26,816 bases of DNA from an uncultured Gammaproteobacteria bacterium (GTDB lineage Bacteria; Patescibacteriota; Patescibacteriia; UBA2169): positions 3,114-29,929 of the forward strand of contig CAZBWF010000001.1 of the NCBI GenBank assembly GCA_964495675.1, written 5' to 3'. The notes below the pieces were generated by a model, which saw only the letters and a program-made list of their open reading frames with translations, searched no databases and was not told the origin of the DNA. Below, piece after piece: positions 23,964 through 26,816 of the stretch. Each line of letters starts with the position of its first letter. Within the stretch, counting starts at the first letter, position 1. The position numbers and the translations under genes are program-made.

Positions 23964-25158
23964 TGGTTTTTACTCCATTGCCGTTTATGCTCCGCGTATA
24001 TATGGCAATAAATTTATCAGAAATAATCTGCCAGGTAAACTTTTCTTCAACAATCCGCCGCGCCTGCTCTCCCATTGTTTTGTTTCGTTCCGCATCATTG
24101 AAGAGCATGTTGACTTTTTCGGCGATGTCCGTGGCGTTGCGCGGTTTTACAAAGAGTCCGTTGACGCCGTCTTTGACCGCGAGCGGTATGCCCCCCTTGC
24201 GGGTGACCACCACCGGCGCCTGGTACACCATGGCTTCGAGGATGACGAGCCCGAGCGGTTCATCCCACACCGAGGGCGCAATGAGCACGTCGGCCCGGGC
24301 GTAGAGCTTTTTGAGCCGCTCGGCGCCGCTCTGGCCGATGTACCCCAGCATATGGACATTCTGCAACCCGAGAGAGCGCTTGAGGGAGCGCAGTTTTTTC
24401 ATTTCAGGCCCATCCCCGATAATCAGCACCTCGCCTTGGATTTTTGCGGCGGCGCGGACAATGTATTCGACTCCCTTTTCCGGCGTGAGCCGGCCCACAA
24501 AGAGCGCAACCTTTTTTTCGGCCAAGCCGTATCGATTGTCTATGGATTTTGTGCGCTGTTTTTTTCGGTGGTCCTCGATGTTGATGCCGCCCGGAATGAT
24601 ATTGGTTTTGCGGGAAAGCTCGTAGAGCGATTGGCCCTCGAACATATCAAGAAACCACCGGCGGGTGTGGCCTGATACAGCCGTAATGCGCTTGGCATCG
24701 CGGACCGAGTGCACGGTCATATTATAAAACCGGCGGTCGTCCTTGAGATGCTTGAGATCGCTGCCGTGGGTGGTGGCAATGTAGTTAATGTTCGTGAGGT
24801 CGTGAATATAACGGGCGAGCATGGAGAGGAGCCCCAGGTGGTGGTAGTGGATGATGTCGGGCTTGAATTGCTCAACGGCGCGGGTCGTGGTTGCGAGGTA
24901 CGCGCGGTAGAGCTTGGTTATTTCAGTGGTCGTAAGGTCGCGGTAGAGCTTTGAGCCCTTGAGCTCCGGGTGGCCGATGAACACCGGAAGCGGAAAGGGC
25001 GGCTTAACATAAAATTGCCGAACTTTGGCAATCTGCCTCCGTTCGGGCGCAACCAGAGCCACGGTGTGTTTTTTTGCCACTTGGGCCATAAGGTTCCGGA
25101 GGAACGTTCCGGACCCCGAGCCCCATAAGGGAAAATCGTAGAGATAGAGTATTTTCAT
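23944..25158 (-). CDS. GT4 glycosyltransferase (404 aa; start moved from 25251)
   Basis: MKILYLYDF..., 'PDIIHYHH', 'TTHGSDL', 'FVGRLTPEKG', 'EPLGLVILEAM'; ATG overlaps the upstream stop (ATGA). Confidence 0.9.
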   Translation of the reverse strand: MKILYLYDFPLWGSGSGTFLRNLMAQVAKKHTVALVAPERRQIAKVRQFYVKPPFPLPVFIGHPELKGSKLYRDLTTTEITKLYRAYLATTTRAVEQFKPDIIHYHHLGLLSMLARYIHDLTNINYIATTHGSDLKHLKDDRRFYNMTVHSVRDAKRITAVSGHTRRWFLDMFEGQSLYELSRKTNIIPGGINIEDHRKKQRTKSIDNRYGLAEKKVALFVGRLTPEKGVEYIVRAAAKIQGEVLIIGDGPEMKKLRSLKRSLGLQNVHMLGYIGQSGAERLKKLYARADVLIAPSVWDEPLGLVILEAMVYQAPVVVTRKGGIPLAVKDGVNGLFVKPRNATDIAEKVNMLFNDAERNKTMGEQARRIVEEKFTWQIISDKFIAIYTRSINGNGVKTNGTKTP

Positions 25159-26156
25159 ACGTGTTGTACCATCTCCATGGCGGCTTTCGCCTCCCGTGGC
25201 TCGGCCGGTTCCTTGGTAAGAAAGTAAATCACGGTTCGCAGGGATGTCCACGCTTGGTATAGTTTGATGCGCTCCCAGGCCGCGCCGTCGAGCGCTACGT
25301 TTCTGGCGGCGGCGTAATGGGCGAGAAACGTTTTTTGGAGCGAGCGCACCTCGTCTTTTGTCCGCCAGCCCGCTGCCATAAAGGTGAGCTGGGTAAGGAA
25401 GTTTCCCACGTCGCGCGCCCAGTCCGCGAGGCAGATATCCGTGAAATCAATGCCCGAAACGCCGCCGTCTCGCTCCGCAACAATCACGTTCTCTGGATGA
25501 AAGTCGCCATGGATGAGGCACAACCGGTCAAGCGTTGCAAGCGTGCGCTCCTCGCGCTCGGCAAGCTCCGCAAAGTGGTGCTCCACATCAGGCCGGAATT
25601 CTGGAAAGAGCCGGCTGATTTTGGCAAGGAAATATTCTGGGCCTGGAATAACGGTTTTGATTCTGCTCGACTCGGGGTTAAAGTTTTCCACCGCATCAGT
25701 TGGGATTGCGTGGAGTTCCGCGAGCCACTCGGCCGCGCCGCGGATGTACTCGGCAATTGTATCTCCGCCCTTTCGAATGTAGTGGAGCAGTGTTCGTCCG
25801 GCAATGCCGCGGTACAGGAAGGCCGCAAGCGAGCGGTCGAAAAAGAGCGGTTCTGGCACAAAGAGCGCTCCTGTTTTGAATCCATGTTCAGTAATGAAGC
25901 GCAATGCGCGGTACGCGTTTTCGCGGCTTTCGTTCGAGTGCGCAGAACAAAAAATCGGCTTGTCACCGAACGCGGGCGCGTCGTAGCGAATTACGACGTG
26001 GTAGAAATCTACATCTATGTTACGTTTTATCGGTGTTGCTGTCAATCCCGAAAAAGTATATTCCCCCGCAAAGAGCGGCGCGTGGAGAGCAAGGTAGGAC
26101 GCGACAAACGCCGGATCAAACAGCTGCTCAATGGGGTGTTTTTTCCATGGTCGCAT
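25155..26156 (-). CDS. APH/choline-kinase-like small-molecule phosphotransferase
   Basis: 333 aa; 'AEWLAELH', Brenner-type 'LIHGDFHPENVIV', metal-binding 'IDFTD'. Confidence 0.85.
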   Translation of the reverse strand: MRPWKKHPIEQLFDPAFVASYLALHAPLFAGEYTFSGLTATPIKRNIDVDFYHVVIRYDAPAFGDKPIFCSAHSNESRENAYRALRFITEHGFKTGALFVPEPLFFDRSLAAFLYRGIAGRTLLHYIRKGGDTIAEYIRGAAEWLAELHAIPTDAVENFNPESSRIKTVIPGPEYFLAKISRLFPEFRPDVEHHFAELAEREERTLATLDRLCLIHGDFHPENVIVAERDGGVSGIDFTDICLADWARDVGNFLTQLTFMAAGWRTKDEVRSLQKTFLAHYAAARNVALDGAAWERIKLYQAWTSLRTVIYFLTKEPAEPREAKAAMEMVQHV

Positions 26157-26157
26157 A

Positions 26158-26811
26158 TTACGCGTTTGCGCTTTTGTGTATTCGCATCGCCCTCCGGTAG
26201 AGCGTCAGATATTTTTTTGCGGGAATCTCCCAGGAGTGCGACTGCTGCATGCCCCGCTTGACGAGCCGCCGCCACGCGTCCGCATGCCGGTACACCTCAA
26301 GCGCGCGGGTAAGAGCAATTAAAAATTCCGGGGCGCCGTACTTGGTGAATACGAATCCGTTGCCCCTGCCGGTTCTGGGGTTGTAGTCCGTTACCGTGTC
26401 CGCCAGCCCGCCCACGGCGTGCACCACCGGCACGGAGCCGTACCGCAAGCTGATGAGCTGGCCCAATCCGCACGGCTCAAATCGCGATGGCATGAGGAAC
26501 ATGTCTGAACCCGCGTAAATCTCCGCGGCCGTGGTGGTATCAAACGCCAGGTGCGCCCCGACTTTTTCGGGGTAGCGCCTTACGAGCTGTTTGAAAAAAT
26601 TCTCATACTGCTTGCTTCCGGTTCCGGCAATGACGAGCTGGATATCCTGCGCCAGGAGCGTGTCCGCTATCTCCATGAGCAAGTCGAACCCTTTCTGCTC
26701 GGTAATGCGCGTGACCATGCCGAGGACGGGGACATCGCGGTTTTGCGGCAAGCCGAATGTTTTTTGGAGGCTTGTTTTGTTCGTGCTCTTTTTGTCGAGT
26801 GTGCGAGCGTC
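26158..26811 (-). CDS. glgA: Glycogen/starch synthase (GT5), C-terminal half; 5' part outside the window, in-frame TAA at 26812-26814
   Basis: Frame extends upstream of the track start: DARTLDKKSTNKTSLQKTFGLPQNRDVPVLGMVTRITEQKG...; 'FLMPSRFEPCGLGQLISLRYG.VPVVHAVGGLADTV' is the GT5 signature. Confidence 0.88.
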   Translation of the reverse strand, partial: DARTLDKKSTNKTSLQKTFGLPQNRDVPVLGMVTRITEQKGFDLLMEIADTLLAQDIQLVIAGTGSKQYENFFKQLVRRYPEKVGAHLAFDTTTAAEIYAGSDMFLMPSRFEPCGLGQLISLRYGSVPVVHAVGGLADTVTDYNPRTGRGNGFVFTKYGAPEFLIALTRALEVYRHADAWRRLVKRGMQQSHSWEIPAKKYLTLYRRAMRIHKSANA

Positions 26812-26816
26812 TTAGC

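Noticed and set aside
11088-25251. Longest-ORF starts at 11088, 13044, 16335, 18021, 19199, 23074 and 25251
   Set aside because: Each extension overlaps a neighbouring gene, terminator or promoter; downstream ATGs fit the family N-termini or gene coupling better.
25155-26156. Calling the APH-fold gene an aminoglycoside resistance gene
   Set aside because: The fold is shared by many sugar and choline kinases; its coupled position in a glycan operon and lack of mobile context argue for a metabolic role.
22028-26261. Plus-strand ORFs of 275, 354, 308 and 314 aa across the sugar operon
   Set aside because: Antisense shadows; the minus-strand frames carry all recognisable motifs.
1-26816. Alternative genetic code (TGA read-through)
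   Set aside because: Conserved genes are full length in the standard code and several, such as rnpA, end at TGA in the expected place.

Overview
Bacterial chromosomal window in the standard genetic code (TGA is used as stop). It reads like a Patescibacteria/CPR (Parcubacteria-type) genome. That assignment is inference from gene content, tight packing, a short YidC, a TrmB-type regulator and the general absence of Shine-Dalgarno sites. Left to right: partial PRC-barrel gene, yidC-yidD-rnpA-rpmH, TrmB-family regulator (all minus); type I L-asparaginase (+); gyrA preceded by a small membrane protein and a degenerate metallo-beta-lactamase-fold gene (minus); rpsA-ftsH, a multi-pass membrane protein, dnaN and a DUF721/DciA-like gene (+); class A PBP with an Ig-like tail (minus); an atypical protein-kinase-fold protein (+); a 63-aa gene with a perfect sigma70 promoter (minus); tyrS, a small membrane protein and a 744-aa secreted helical protein (+); and a tightly overlapped minus-strand sugar operon (glycogen synthase, APH-fold kinase, two GT4 glycosyltransferases, GalT-like nucleotidyltransferase). 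I saw no rRNA, tRNA, CRISPR array, transposase or integrase. The most promising novelty is the sugar operon with its zinc-ligand-free GalT-like enzyme. Next are the orphan kinase, the HicA-like small protein with a structured leader, and a nested-repeat intergenic element after yidC.
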